From a virus (Duplodnaviria; Heunggongvirae; Uroviricota; Caudoviricetes): 46,563 bases of DNA. The notes below the pieces were generated by a model. It made no database searches. It was not told the DNA's origin and saw only the letters and a program-made list of their open reading frames with translations. Below, in pieces: positions 1-10,664 of the stretch; within the stretch, counting starts at the first letter, position 1; each line of letters begins with the position of its first letter. Made by a program: the position numbers and the translations under genes. The stretch lies in IMG/VR virus record IMGVR_UViG_2721755658_000005, positions 1 through 46,563 of that record; one strand, 5' to 3'.

Positions 1-443
1 TGAAACGTAAAACACTGCCTCTGCTGGCACTGGTTGCCACCACTCTGTTTCTGAGCGCCTGCGATGACAGAAGTGATGAACTGAAGGCCATCAGCAAATT
101 CAAGGACCTCACTCCGCCGCGCTTCAGCGATGTGGTCAGCCGCCAGGATGATGTCAGCGAAGAATGGTCACAGGTTGGCTTCTCATCTGGTCTCACCCTG
201 CAGGTCTTACGTACCCGTGAGTCGCCCGATGGCTGCGAGGGCGGTAGTTACTACTACCTCGCGGATATGCAGGAAAAAACCGTCCAGCCGCTGATGAATG
301 CGCTTTGTATTGCCGATAACATCAAACTGGAATACCAGGAGGTGACGGACCCGTATACCAAAGAAAGATACTTTGAGTACGCCCATGACGGCAAACTGAT
401 GGGGCGACTGCTGATACCCTCAAACCCTGAGAACCACGAATAA
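1..443 (+). CDS. Putative lipoprotein of CP4-type cryptic element, 5' end cut by window edge
   Basis: Frame continuous with ORF 132..443; upstream in-frame translation reads KRKTLPLLALVATTLFLSACDD, a signal peptide with lipobox LSAC; the start codon's A lies just outside the window. Confidence 0.5.
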   Translation, partial: KRKTLPLLALVATTLFLSACDDRSDELKAISKFKDLTPPRFSDVVSRQDDVSEEWSQVGFSSGLTLQVLRTRESPDGCEGGSYYYLADMQEKTVQPLMNALCIADNIKLEYQEVTDPYTKERYFEYAHDGKLMGRLLIPSNPENHE

Positions 444-466
444 AAACAACGATAAAGGAGACAGAA

Positions 467-934
467 ATGACAATAGATTCACTAAGCCGGTTTGTACTGG
501 CATGTTCACTGTTTACCAGCTTTACAGCCTCTGCGGTTCCCGGATTCTGGCAGCAGGGCTATGGCCAGGGCAATACGGAATACAGCGTGACCGATACCAG
601 TGGGAAGATGTTTACCATCAACTGTACTGGAAATCCTGACCAGAATGGTTTCTACCAGCATTCAGTTTTTCTGACCCTGACGGATAACAGAATGGTCAGT
701 TCGCACGATGATGGCACCACAGTCACCGTGGTGATGGACCATAAGCAATATGCCATTCCCTCAACCCTTGGCTGGCGTAACGGCGATAACGCCTGGTATG
801 ACTTCATTATGGATATCCGTAAGACCGGGCAGTTTGACGTTTACGTCAATGACCGTAAAGCGGGGACTTTCACTGTGGACCTGAAGAACGCAGAGAAAGT
901 TCTGCCCACTCCCGGAGACTGCGGTAACGACTGA
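467..934 (+). CDS. Exported hypothetical protein (N-terminal signal peptide)
   Basis: 155-aa ORF with hydrophobic N-terminus [15 protein letters not shown]; followed by a hairpin plus T-run. Confidence 0.5.
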   Translation: MTIDSLSRFVLACSLFTSFTASAVPGFWQQGYGQGNTEYSVTDTSGKMFTINCTGNPDQNGFYQHSVFLTLTDNRMVSSHDDGTTVTVVMDHKQYAIPSTLGWRNGDNAWYDFIMDIRKTGQFDVYVNDRKAGTFTVDLKNAEKVLPTPGDCGND

Positions 935-958
935 AAGCCGTTCCTCCTTACGCAAACC

Positions 959-995
959 AACCCCGACAGCCATCAGGCTGCCGGGGTTTTCTTTT
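959..995 (+). terminator. Rho-independent terminator candidate
   Basis: GC-rich hairpin ccccgacagcc...ggctgccgggg followed by ttttctttt. Confidence 0.45.
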
Positions 996-1010
996 ATCAG
1001 GAGCCCGAAA

Positions 1011-1250
1011 ATGTCCCAATCCGTGTTACTGCCACCGGGGCCTTTCACCCGGAGACAAGCGCAAGCGGTCACTACCACGTACAGCAATATCACCCTCGAA
1101 GACGACCAAGGCAGTCACTTCCGCCTTGTGGTTCGAGACACTGAAGGCCGGATGGTCTGGCGGGCATGGAACTTTGAACCCGATGCCGCTGAAAGTCTTA
1201 ACCGCTACATCCGCACCTCTGGCATCCGTACAGGCACCTCCACCCGCTGA
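1011..1250 (+). CDS. DUF905-like small protein (YkfF/YfjW-type, CP4 cryptic prophage family)
   Basis: 79-aa ORF at the position conserved upstream of the antirestriction gene in CP4-type elements; family assignment from memory. Confidence 0.4.
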   Translation: MSQSVLLPPGPFTRRQAQAVTTTYSNITLEDDQGSHFRLVVRDTEGRMVWRAWNFEPDAAESLNRYIRTSGIRTGTSTR

Positions 1251-1345
1251 CCGCGAAGCATTTACCCGCACATTTCACCTCCCCGAACACGCTTTATTCC
1301 CCCATTTGCCAGCCATCGCCGCTGGCGTTTTTTATTAACGGAGAC

Positions 1346-1810
1346 ATGCCCATGACAACACAGACGCAGTACGGCCTCGCACCCGCTAACCAATCAGAAT
1401 TTGAACTGACCGTCACGCAGGTACCCGACGAACAGCGTATCGATTTCTGGCCGCAACACTTTGGCACTATCCCGCAGTGGACAACCCTGGAACCGCGTAT
1501 TTTTGCCTGGATGGACCGCTTCTGTTCGACCTACAGCGGTGGTATCTGGTCCTTTTACACCCTCAGCAATGGCGGGGCGTTTATGGCTCCCGAGTCTGAC
1601 AATGATGAGACATGGCGTCTGTTTAATTGCCTGAACGGCAACGATGCCCAAATGAGTGCAGAAGCCGCAGGTATTGCTGTCTGCCTGATTGCGTACAGCC
1701 ATCACGCCTGTCGCACCCAATGCGATGCCATGACTGAACACTATTACCGCCTGCGGGACTACGCCCTGCAGCATCCAGAGGCCCACGCCATTCTGCGTAT
1801 TATCGACTGA
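1346..1810 (+). CDS. Antirestriction protein (ArdB/KlcA family, YafX/YfjX-like)
   Basis: 154-aa product with the conserved gene order antirestriction - RadC - DUF987 - antitoxin - toxin. Confidence 0.7.
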   Translation: MPMTTQTQYGLAPANQSEFELTVTQVPDEQRIDFWPQHFGTIPQWTTLEPRIFAWMDRFCSTYSGGIWSFYTLSNGGAFMAPESDNDETWRLFNCLNGNDAQMSAEAAGIAVCLIAYSHHACRTQCDAMTEHYYRLRDYALQHPEAHAILRIID

Positions 1811-1825
1811 CCGAAGGAGCAACAG

Positions 1826-2302
1826 ATGAAACAGCTTTCCTTTTTACCCGGCGAGATGACGCCACAGGACCGGTGTCTCATTCAGCGGGCGCTCAGGGCT
1901 CTGGACCGCCACCTGCATGAGCCCGGCGTAGCCTTCACCTCTACCCACGCCGTACGTGAATGGCTGCGACTGCATATGGCCGCGCTTGAGCGGGAAGAGT
2001 TCCGGGTGTTGTATCTGGACAACCAGAATCAGTTGATTGCCCATGAAACGCTCTTCATCGGCACGATTAACCGCACCGAGGTGCATCCCCGGGAGGTGGT
2101 CAAACGTGCTCTGCACTTCAACGCGGCGGCGGTGATACTCGCGTACAACCATCCTTCTGGCGAGACAACACCCAGCCAGGCAGACAAAGCCCTCACGCAG
2201 CGACTGGTACAGGTGCTTCAGTTGGTGGATATCCGCGTCCCTGACCATCTGATTGTCGGCGGCAGGCAAATCTATTCGTTCGCAGAACACGGTTTGCTGT
2301 GA
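1826..2302 (+). CDS. RadC-like JAB-domain protein (YeeS/YkfG/YfjY family)
   Basis: 158-aa product with HxH-containing JAB/MPN-like core (AYNHPSGE) typical of RadC-like proteins. Confidence 0.7.
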   Translation: MKQLSFLPGEMTPQDRCLIQRALRALDRHLHEPGVAFTSTHAVREWLRLHMAALEREEFRVLYLDNQNQLIAHETLFIGTINRTEVHPREVVKRALHFNAAAVILAYNHPSGETTPSQADKALTQRLVQVLQLVDIRVPDHLIVGGRQIYSFAEHGLL

Positions 2303-2532
2303 GGTATGATATGAAAATTATCAGTAAACGCCGGGCAATGACGATATACCGCCAGCATCCTGAGTCCCGAATCTTTCGCTACTGCAGTGGAAAATATCAG
2401 TGGCACGGTAGCATCTGCCATTACACCGGCAGGGACGTTCCGGATATCGCAGGTGTCCTCGCGGTATACGCCGAACGCCGCCAGGACCGCAACGGGCCTT
2501 ATGCCTGCCTGATGAGCATCACTCTGAACTGA
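2299..2532 (+). CDS. DUF987 protein (YeeT/YkfH/YfjZ-like)
   Basis: 77-aa ORF overlapping the radC-like stop, in the conserved position before the CbeA antitoxin. Confidence 0.6.
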   Translation: MRYDMKIISKRRAMTIYRQHPESRIFRYCSGKYQWHGSICHYTGRDVPDIAGVLAVYAERRQDRNGPYACLMSITLN

Positions 2533-2552
2533 CAATACAAAGGAGAGTCGTT

Positions 2553-2870
2553 ATGACTCACATCACATGGGGCCTGCAGCGGAATATCACGCCGCGCCTG
2601 GGAGCCCGTCTGGTGCAGGAGGGGAACCGGTTGCATTATCTGGCTGACCGGGCCAGCATCACCGGCAAGTTCAGTGACACCGAATGCCGGAAGCTGGATG
2701 AAACATTCCCGCACTTTATCCGCCAGATGGAATCGATGCTGACCACCGGTGAAGTCAGCCCCCAACATGCCCACTGCGTCATCATGTACCACAACGGTTT
2801 CACCTGTGAAGCCGACACCCTTGGCAGTTGCGGTTACGTGTACATCGCCATTTATCCCACCCAGCGCTAA
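2553..2870 (+). CDS. CbeA-family type IV antitoxin (YeeU/YafW-like)
   Basis: 105-aa product with C-terminal [16 protein letters not shown], characteristic of YeeU/CbeA antitoxins. Confidence 0.8.
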   Translation: MTHITWGLQRNITPRLGARLVQEGNRLHYLADRASITGKFSDTECRKLDETFPHFIRQMESMLTTGEVSPQHAHCVIMYHNGFTCEADTLGSCGYVYIAIYPTQR

Positions 2871-2890
2871 TAACTTTCACGAGAGCAAAC

Positions 2891-3232
2891 ATGAAAACTT
2901 TGCCTGCAACAACTCAGCGGGCGGTGAAGCCCTGCCTGTCACCCGTGGCTGTCTGGCAAATGCTACTGACACGCCTGCTGGAACAGCACTATGGTCTCAC
3001 CCTCAACGACACACCGTTCAGTGAGGAACGTGTTATACAGGAACATATCGATGCCGGGATCTCGCTGGCTGATGCCGTGAATTTTCTGGTGGAAAAATAC
3101 GAACTGGTGCGTATCGACAGGAAGGGATTTAACTGGCAGGAACAATCGCCTTATCTTCAGGCTGTCGATATTCTGCGAGCGCGGCAGGCAACTGGCTTGT
3201 TGCAGCAAAGCCGTAGCAACGTAGTACGATGA
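2891..3232 (+). CDS. CbtA-family type IV toxin (YeeV/YkfI/YpjF-like)
   Basis: Starts [43 protein letters not shown], the canonical CbtA-family N-terminus; ATG at 2891 lies inside the longer tracked ORF 2828..3232. Confidence 0.8.
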   Translation: MKTLPATTQRAVKPCLSPVAVWQMLLTRLLEQHYGLTLNDTPFSEERVIQEHIDAGISLADAVNFLVEKYELVRIDRKGFNWQEQSPYLQAVDILRARQATGLLQQSRSNVVR

Positions 3233-3619
3233 ACATTGCGTACAACCTTCCCGATTTACATTTCTGAACTTCCTCCCTTGTTTACCTATTGCGTAATGCG
3301 CCTGCTGCTACCCGGCTGGCGCGTTATCTTTTTACGGACAAACCATCATGCAACCAGAAGGTGAAGTATTAACCGATCATAATGAGCTAATTTGTTCAAG
3401 CTTTATTGAACACATTGCCAACACATTGAATTTAGGAGTGGTGTAGACATGGACAACTAAACCTGCAGCCACGGAGGTATAGCGAGTGAAGCCCTATCCG
3501 ACCTTTTTGGTCAGTAGATAAGATTGATCTTCGTTGATAGAATTTACTTACATCAGCAGTTACATGAAAATAATTTTTGGTGGGAAAAAGATAAGACACT
3601 ACGTAACTATTTGATTTCT

Positions 3620-3665
3620 TGGTGCCGATAATAGGAGTCGAACCTACGACCTTCGCATTACGAAT
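3620..3665. repeat. attL: 46-bp direct repeat identical to the 3' end of tRNA-Thr (prophage boundary)
   Basis: tggtgccgataataggagtcgaacctacgaccttcgcattacgaat is identical to 45120..45165. Confidence 0.85.
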
Positions 3666-4080
3666 TATAAGAATCCGCTTCTAATTCAAAGCATTACCCC
3701 ATCAACACTGCGCTCACACGTCCCACCACATCAAAACATGTAAAGCCTTGCAAGTCATTGCGAGGCCTTATGTGTCTCAGTTTTGTCCCACCTTGTATTA
3801 CGACTTGCATAGCCAATGAAGATAAATGTGACGACAAACGGCGCAGCAGTCTTCTTTTCCTTCATACTTTCCCCACCCAGCATGCATACCTTCTACCATA
3901 ACTGTAGTTAATGTCTGTTATGAGCGAAAAGCGGTCCTTAAATACAATTTTCATTGATAACGCCGTCTTGTTGCTATTGAAGACATTATCAACATCATTG
4001 TGTTTTTACTTATATTTGAAGGAGGGCTATTCAAGGGATTGCCCCCTTTTAACAAAAATTCCACCAGAACAGTAGGTCTG

Positions 4081-5793
4081 CTAATTGGTCTCTATAATTG
4101 AGCTTAATTCGTTAATGAGCAGGTGAGGGCTCATTTGAGTTAAGTCATACTGCCGCCCCAATTTCTCTTGCATTCCTCCTCGTATTTTCTTTAATAAATA
4201 TTTGCCTTTAATGTTATTAACTGATGTCGGAACTTGGTTTCCAAATAATGTTAGGTGTCGAGGGCATGCTTCCAGTCTCCCCTTATATAAATTATATTTA
4301 ATCACCTCTCTTTTGGATTGAAAATCAGACTGGATGACAACATGATTTTGTGCGGCTATATCAGTAATCCATGTTTGTATATCTTGCACAGAAGAGCCTG
4401 TAACATGAGATAAATGCTCTATTCTGGTAAAATAACTCTCAATATCACTACCTTCAGTAATGAATGGAATGGCGCCACCTCTTTGAATTTCTGCTTTTAC
4501 TATATCTACTTCTTCATCAGTCATAAAATCGCGGTCACGATGAATTATAACCTTGCAATTAGGGGACATTTCCTTAAGAAGGTCAGCAGATACAATTGCT
4601 CCTTGCACATTTGTGCATGTTTTGTAGCTATAGACTGCAGTTCTCTCCATATCAAAACCATTATATTGTAAAAGGGCCTTGAAATATTTTTTATCTCTAT
4701 CTTCAGTGAGAAATATATTCTCCACAACTCCTTCAGTTACTCTATCCAAGTCATTTAAAGCTCCTAAATCTAAGAACATTGATATTTTGTCCAAATCCAT
4801 GCCTTGATTCTGAACATTACCATCTTTCATCCAAATAAAATTTGCCTCTCCATACAATGAATCAATTATATGTTTGCTATGAGTGGAAAGTATAACTTGA
4901 GTTTCTGATTTGTTATTTTCTGATATTAAACTCAATGAGTCAGTGAGAATATATTGATTATCAGGGTGAAGATGAGAATCCGGTTCATCTAAGAGTAATA
5001 ATTTAGGTTTGAAATATACTATATATGCAAATATCTGTAATGTTTGAAGTAATCCAGTTCCCGCCAACTCGATAGGGTAATTTTTCCCACTTGCATTTTC
5101 TTTAAAATTAACGGTTAGATAAGTATCTTTATCCTCTTTGAAATCCACTTCGATTTCTATATCTGGAAATACAACTTGCAGCATGCTATTGAGATTTACC
5201 AAGTGGTTATCTTTGTTCAGATAGTATATGACATTCCTTAAGTATAAATTTGCATCACCACTTGCCACTCCTCTTCTAACTATTGCTGGCGATTTTAATT
5301 CTTCCTTCTGTGAGATACCAGCCAGACCAGGGACATATATACTAAAGAGATTTTTTTCATCGGTGATTACTGAACCGAAGCCGGTATAATCACCGGTTCT
5401 TTCACATGACATATTTCCATGATTTCGTCCCTTAGATATAATTATATTGTATTCTAATTGTCGACCAGCAAGATCATCATATCCAAAAAGACTCAACACA
5501 CTTTGATTGCCAGGCGACCTCGAATTCTTATAAGGTTCGCCGTTCTTTAAAACAGTGAAGTCTGGGGTGATATTATACATTAAAAGTTCAGTAGAGAATG
5601 TTTGTTGACTTTGTTGCCGAGCGGCAATAGCTGCGCATACTGAAAAATGTATAGCTTGCAGAATACTGCTCTTACCTGAACTATTTGCCCCTACTAATAC
5701 ATTTATATCACTAAGGGTGATTTCTGCTGTGTCAATTTTTTTGAATTTACTAACAGACAAAGACTTAATGAACATTTTCTTTTCCTTTTTCAA
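4081..5793 (-). CDS. OLD-family-like ABC-type ATPase with C-terminal TOPRIM-like region; candidate phage-exclusion protein
   Basis: Walker A GANSSGKSS, Walker B LLLLDEPDSHLHP, H-loop-like LSTHS; C-terminal acidic motifs FLTEDRD and IIHRDRD; gene visibly AT-rich compared with flanking DNA. Confidence 0.6.
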   Translation of the reverse strand: MKKEKKMFIKSLSVSKFKKIDTAEITLSDINVLVGANSSGKSSILQAIHFSVCAAIAARQQSQQTFSTELLMYNITPDFTVLKNGEPYKNSRSPGNQSVLSLFGYDDLAGRQLEYNIIISKGRNHGNMSCERTGDYTGFGSVITDEKNLFSIYVPGLAGISQKEELKSPAIVRRGVASGDANLYLRNVIYYLNKDNHLVNLNSMLQVVFPDIEIEVDFKEDKDTYLTVNFKENASGKNYPIELAGTGLLQTLQIFAYIVYFKPKLLLLDEPDSHLHPDNQYILTDSLSLISENNKSETQVILSTHSKHIIDSLYGEANFIWMKDGNVQNQGMDLDKISMFLDLGALNDLDRVTEGVVENIFLTEDRDKKYFKALLQYNGFDMERTAVYSYKTCTNVQGAIVSADLLKEMSPNCKVIIHRDRDFMTDEEVDIVKAEIQRGGAIPFITEGSDIESYFTRIEHLSHVTGSSVQDIQTWITDIAAQNHVVIQSDFQSKREVIKYNLYKGRLEACPRHLTLFGNQVPTSVNNIKGKYLLKKIRGGMQEKLGRQYDLTQMSPHLLINELSSIIETN

Positions 5794-5822
5794 TGAAAGG
5801 TGTAAAACTTTAACTCATCATT

Positions 5823-6107
5823 TTAGTTGTTAACATTCAAAATCATAAACTGATTCTCTATTTTACCAATGAATAGCAGTCCTATCAGAGTAAAAATAGT
5901 GTTAGATATTTTTCTTACATCTGAATCTGAGAAATATTCGGATTCTTTATAGCAATTATTCCATATGTCGAGTTCTCTAAAATCATAAGCTAAATGAGCA
6001 ATTTTTCCCCAATCTTCATTTACTATATGTTCAGCCATTGTAAAAAAATCACTCTTAGTCGGAATGTCTATTCTCATTGTTACTTGGCCTATTTTTTCAT
6101 TGCTCAC
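5823..6107 (-). CDS. Small hypothetical protein, upstream partner of the ATPase (likely co-transcribed)
   Basis: 94-aa AT-rich ORF ending 30 bp upstream of the ATPase start; hydrophobic stretch TIFTLIGLLFIGKI. Confidence 0.4.
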   Translation of the reverse strand: MSNEKIGQVTMRIDIPTKSDFFTMAEHIVNEDWGKIAHLAYDFRELDIWNNCYKESEYFSDSDVRKISNTIFTLIGLLFIGKIENQFMILNVNN

Positions 6108-6306
6108 ATATATAACTATATGATATTTATATTAAAACTCCAACATTAAGTTTCGGCTTTCTTCAAGTAAACTACATAGCACGATGTAAGCAACTTCCGC
6201 TTTTGGCACATAGCAGTCCTAGAGATACTGGCGTAAAGCCATGGAGGATCGGTGGGAGGAGGTAAAAATCCTCTCATGCAAAAAATACGCAAAATCGATA
6301 ACAGTT

Positions 6307-6386
6307 GGAAATCATTCAATACTCGCACTATCGGAAGTTCACCAGCCAACCGCAGCACGTTCTTGCATACGACATGCCTGCGGTTT
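6307..6386. repeat. Copy A of a ~80-bp repeat family with hairpin-forming 3' part
   Basis: About 88% identical to 8982..9061; its 3' half recurs at 10044..10087. Confidence 0.7.
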
Positions 6387-6535
6387 CAACTCCCGCCAGC
6401 TCCACCAATCATGATTGGACGGTTAAGGACAACACCAATAAAAACAGGAAGTTAGCAGTCTCAGCAGGACACCGACCAGACGGTGAGGAGACAAAAAAGG
6501 ATACGCAAAGGAGCCGCGGCTCCCGAGTGACAAAA

Positions 6536-6560
6536 AAGCCCGCTTATGCGGGCTTTTTTG
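6536..6560. terminator. Bidirectional rho-independent terminator candidate
   Basis: aagcccgc-ttat-gcgggctt hairpin flanked by an A-run on one side and a T-run on the other; lies just downstream of the Bro-N gene stop. Confidence 0.6.
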
Positions 6561-6576
6561 TTTTTTTCCCTCAAGC

Positions 6577-7338
6577 TCACTGACGTGTTCTTGCCTCAAC
6601 TACTTTCTGGTATATAGCGATAGCTTCATCAACCAAAGCTAATGGATAGCAAGAATTTATATTCAATCCGGAGGGGCACTTAATTCTTTCTGCTCCACGT
6701 TCACTACGCAATTTTTCACACCATTGCCAAAGTTCCTCAACTGAATAGGTATCCAAACCTAACTCCATCAATCGTTGAGGAACACTTCTGAACTGAGACA
6801 AATCTCTTAAACTTTCTAACGAGTTAACTTTTAGTTCAACTTGGTTTACTCTACTTTCTAACTCTTCACGTTTTTCTATTTCCATTACCAATGCTTGAAC
6901 CGTCTGCTGCAGACTGTTAGCAAAAGCACTCAGTTCTGAACGTTCTTGTTTAGGTGGCGGAGGATATACACCAAATTCACGAATAGACGGAAGGACCTGA
7001 TGAAAAAGCCAGCGTTGGAATTTTTTCCCCGCAGCAGTAGTATCCTGAGCAAGTACTCTATATAGACCTGGTTCAGTAAGAAATACCTCAGAGATAGTTT
7101 CACCATCCACGACAAGAGAAACATTCCTAAACTCATCTGGATCTAAAGTTTTTATTACCGCTTTTATTACAGTGAGCAAGCTTTGAGAAGTCTTTCCATC
7201 CAGTTTTCTGTTCTCAGCAGAAAGCGTTCTTAGCACATCTGAAAGTGAAACAAAAATCTGCCCTTTTTCATTCATGCTACGGATATAATTTTCTCCACAC
7301 TCTCCTTCGTAGCATAATTGTAACAAATTCTTTTGCAC
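6577..7338 (-). CDS. Bro-N domain protein (phage antirepressor-like)
   Basis: N-terminal region ends in the Bro-N signature EPGLYRVLAQ...FQRWLFHQVLPSIREFGVY; coiled-coil C-terminus. Confidence 0.65.
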   Translation of the reverse strand: MQKNLLQLCYEGECGENYIRSMNEKGQIFVSLSDVLRTLSAENRKLDGKTSQSLLTVIKAVIKTLDPDEFRNVSLVVDGETISEVFLTEPGLYRVLAQDTTAAGKKFQRWLFHQVLPSIREFGVYPPPPKQERSELSAFANSLQQTVQALVMEIEKREELESRVNQVELKVNSLESLRDLSQFRSVPQRLMELGLDTYSVEELWQWCEKLRSERGAERIKCPSGLNINSCYPLALVDEAIAIYQKVVEARTRQ

Positions 7339-7671
7339 GCCATCCCCTCCTTTTTTTATGGATTATACATCCTATAAACATGTTGTCACCGAAAGGGAAA
7401 AGCATAAACCCAATTTATGTTCCACAAGATGTTCAAAAATCAAACAACCATATAGCTGAGGAGCACAAAAGAGCAAAAGTTTACCAACCCCATATATCCA
7501 TACAGCACATAAAATTGACACTACATGTGGTATTTTTTAAGTTACGCCTTGCACCATTTCATGGTTTTATGTAGATTGTCATCACACGCTGAGATTAAAA
7601 AATTCTACAATTTTTGTTGATCTTGAGTTTGGTTTTTAGTATAAGTGAGCATGGATTGTAGGAGGCGCAAC

Positions 7672-8022
7672 ATGGTAACTAGCTTTGGTAAGACTCTCAG
7701 AAAAATGAGAATAGACCGGGGTATGGTGCTCAAAAATATGGCTGATCTGTTAGGCGTTAGTTCGGCTTACTTATCCGCCATTGAATTAGGCAAAAGAGCT
7801 ATACCGGACTCATTAGTAAATACGATTGCAACAACTTTTGAGCTTAGCGGACAAGACATCATCAATCTCAAGAAACAGGCAGAGATTTCTCAACCGTCCA
7901 TTAAGGTTGATATGTCGGATGCAAATGAGCAGAACAAAGAACTAATGCTTGTTTTTGCTCGTAAATTTAAGGACCTGAGTCCAGAGCAACTCGATAAGCT
8001 TAATAAAATGTTAAAGGACTGA
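7672..8022 (+). CDS. XRE-family helix-turn-helix transcriptional regulator
   Basis: HTH region MADLLGVSSAYLSAIELGKR; aggagg RBS 6 nt upstream of the ATG at 7672 (tracked ORF starts at GTG 7645). Confidence 0.7.
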   Translation: MVTSFGKTLRKMRIDRGMVLKNMADLLGVSSAYLSAIELGKRAIPDSLVNTIATTFELSGQDIINLKKQAEISQPSIKVDMSDANEQNKELMLVFARKFKDLSPEQLDKLNKMLKD

Positions 8023-8025
8023 ATA

Positions 8026-8559
8026 ATGATTGCGAAACGAGAACTTGGCCATCGCGTTTCACCTCTCAGCACCAGCATGATTAAATCATACGCTCATCGT
8101 CTGAGAGACGTTCTTCAGATATCAAATCACACATATCTGAGACTGGATGTATTACTAGAAGGTCTTATGGCCTCAGAAAGCATTGAGCTAGAAATTGTTG
8201 AAGATCATGAACTGCCCAAACGCTATGCAGTGACTTATCCAGATAAGAACAAAATTGTTTTACAGCGATCTGTTTACGATGCAGTGTGCAATGGTGAGAA
8301 CCATGCGAGATTCACTGTTGCGCATGAACTTGGTCATTTAGTCATGCATCGCAATCAAAGTATCTATGCACGTAATAAGACTAGTGGAGGGCATAAAATC
8401 TATGAAGACAGCGAATGGCAAGCAGATGTTTTTGCAAGCCACTTCTTAATTGACTCAAGACTAGTTTTGCCCACAATGACTGTTGAAGATATAAGCAAAA
8501 CATTTGGTGTCAGTCAACAAGCGGCTGAAACCTGGATGAGAAAAAATGCAAAAAGATAA
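8026..8559 (+). CDS. ImmA/IrrE-family zinc metallopeptidase
   Basis: HEXXH motif in TVAHELGHLVMH; starts 3 nt after the HTH gene stop, the classic HTH-ImmA pair. Confidence 0.7.
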   Translation: MIAKRELGHRVSPLSTSMIKSYAHRLRDVLQISNHTYLRLDVLLEGLMASESIELEIVEDHELPKRYAVTYPDKNKIVLQRSVYDAVCNGENHARFTVAHELGHLVMHRNQSIYARNKTSGGHKIYEDSEWQADVFASHFLIDSRLVLPTMTVEDISKTFGVSQQAAETWMRKNAKR

Positions 8560-8684
8560 CGAAAAAGCCAGCGAACCGCTGTCGCTGGCTTCTCCTATCG
8601 TAAGCAAATACGAAAAACTTGGCGGTTGTGAGTATACGCTTACCTTAGGTTTTGTCAACAGCGAAACTTTACAGGTAACACGAT

Positions 8685-8828
8685 ATGACCATTGAAAAAG
8701 CTGTATCTGAGGAATACATCACAATTTACCGTCCTTTTATTACGGTCAAAGGTAAACGGATCTTTGCTCGTCAAAAAGGCTTGGCAGCCTTTCCTATCAA
8801 AATTCCTGCCTCTAAGTATCGAGGATAA
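8685..8828 (+). CDS. Small ORF (47 aa), hypothetical or gene remnant
   Basis: ATG-initiated frame MTIEKAVSEEYITIYRPFITVKGKRIFARQKG; below the ORF-track length cut-off; weak RBS. Confidence 0.25.
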   Translation: MTIEKAVSEEYITIYRPFITVKGKRIFARQKGLAAFPIKIPASKYRG

Positions 8829-8981
8829 TCTTTGCTAATCTTAGGCCCTTTTCTAGGGCCTTTTATTACACTTCTGTTACGCGCACCACAGATAGAGTTT
8901 CAGCTAAAACTTTTGTTCATACCTAGGAGTCTGCTGACGAGTGGTTTGTTCACTAATAAACACGTAAAAACGGTAACGGCT

Positions 8982-9061
8982 GGACATCATTCAATATTCG
9001 CACTATTGGAAGTTCACCAGCCAGCCACAGCACGTTCTTGCATACAACGTGCCTGCGGTTT
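8982..9061. repeat. Copy B of the ~80-bp repeat family
   Basis: Aligns to 6307..6386; hairpin gcacgtt-cttgcatac-aacgtgc followed by a T-run. Confidence 0.7.
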
Positions 9062-9153
9062 TTGAGACCGGTCCGATCATCAAACGAAACATAAAATTAG
9101 CTCACACTATGAGGAAAAGTATCTTTTTTTACTATGTAAATTCAAAGAATTAG

Positions 9154-10023
<870 letters not shown>

Positions 10024-10043
10024 GTCTTTAAGTGATAAGCATA

Positions 10044-10087
10044 AACCGCAGCACGATCTTCTTCCATACGACGTGCTACGGTTTCAT
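10044..10087. repeat. Copy C (partial, diverged) of the repeat family; likely bidirectional terminator between convergent genes
   Basis: aaccgcagcacg...cgtgctacggtttcat matches the 3' hairpin half of copies A and B. Confidence 0.55.
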
Positions 10088-10638
10088 TTATCTCCGACCG
10101 GAAACTTCTTATACAGTGTCGATATACCAACATCATAGATGATCGCCACCTTCTGGCGAGGGACGCCTGATGCAATTAATCGCCCGGCCTGCGCCCATTG
10201 TTCTGGTGTAAGTTTGGGACGACGTCCACCAATTCGTCCCTGTGCGCGAGCAGCGTCCAGTCCAGCTTTTGTTCGTTCAACAATCAGTTCTCGTTCCATT
10301 TCAGCCAGGGCACCCATCATATGAAAGAAAAAACGCCCCATCGGTGTGCTGGTATCAATAGCATCCGTCAGGCTGCGAAAATTAACGCCACGTTCGCGCA
10401 ACTCCTCAACCAGAATGACCAGATGCCGCATACTACGCCCCAGCCGATCCAGCTTCCAGACAACCAGAGTGTCACCTGCCGATAATGTCCTGAGCAGTTT
10501 TTTCAGTCCCGGCCTTTCGGACTTTGTACCGCTTATCTTGTCTTCAAAAATCAGCTCGCATCCTGCACAGTTCAGCGCATTACGTTGTAGATCTGTGTTC
10601 TGGTCATTTGTTGACACACGTACATAGCCAATAAGCAT
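10084..10638 (-). CDS. Serine DNA invertase (Pin/Gin/Hin family)
   Basis: N-terminus MLIGYVRVSTNDQNTDLQ with catalytic-serine context; C-terminal HTH; adjacent to the invertible tail-fibre segment. Confidence 0.85.
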   Translation of the reverse strand: MLIGYVRVSTNDQNTDLQRNALNCAGCELIFEDKISGTKSERPGLKKLLRTLSAGDTLVVWKLDRLGRSMRHLVILVEELRERGVNFRSLTDAIDTSTPMGRFFFHMMGALAEMERELIVERTKAGLDAARAQGRIGGRRPKLTPEQWAQAGRLIASGVPRQKVAIIYDVGISTLYKKFPVGDK

Positions 10639-10664
10639 GGTAGATCTCCCTGACAAAAGCAGGA

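Noticed and set aside
3665-6300. O-antigen glucosylation (gtrABC) cargo expected for SfV-like thrW phages
   Set aside because: No GtrA/GtrB-like membrane protein ORFs are present at either prophage end; the attL-proximal cargo is the ATPase cassette.
6146-6583. ORFs 6146..6358, 6252..6455 and 6305..6583 as genes
   Set aside because: They overlap the ~80-bp repeat copy A and terminator hairpins and have no RBS or coherent protein-like composition; more likely non-coding.
8832-9065. ORF 8832..9065 (77 aa) as a gene
   Set aside because: It spans repeat copy B and its hairpin; likely a non-coding repeat element.
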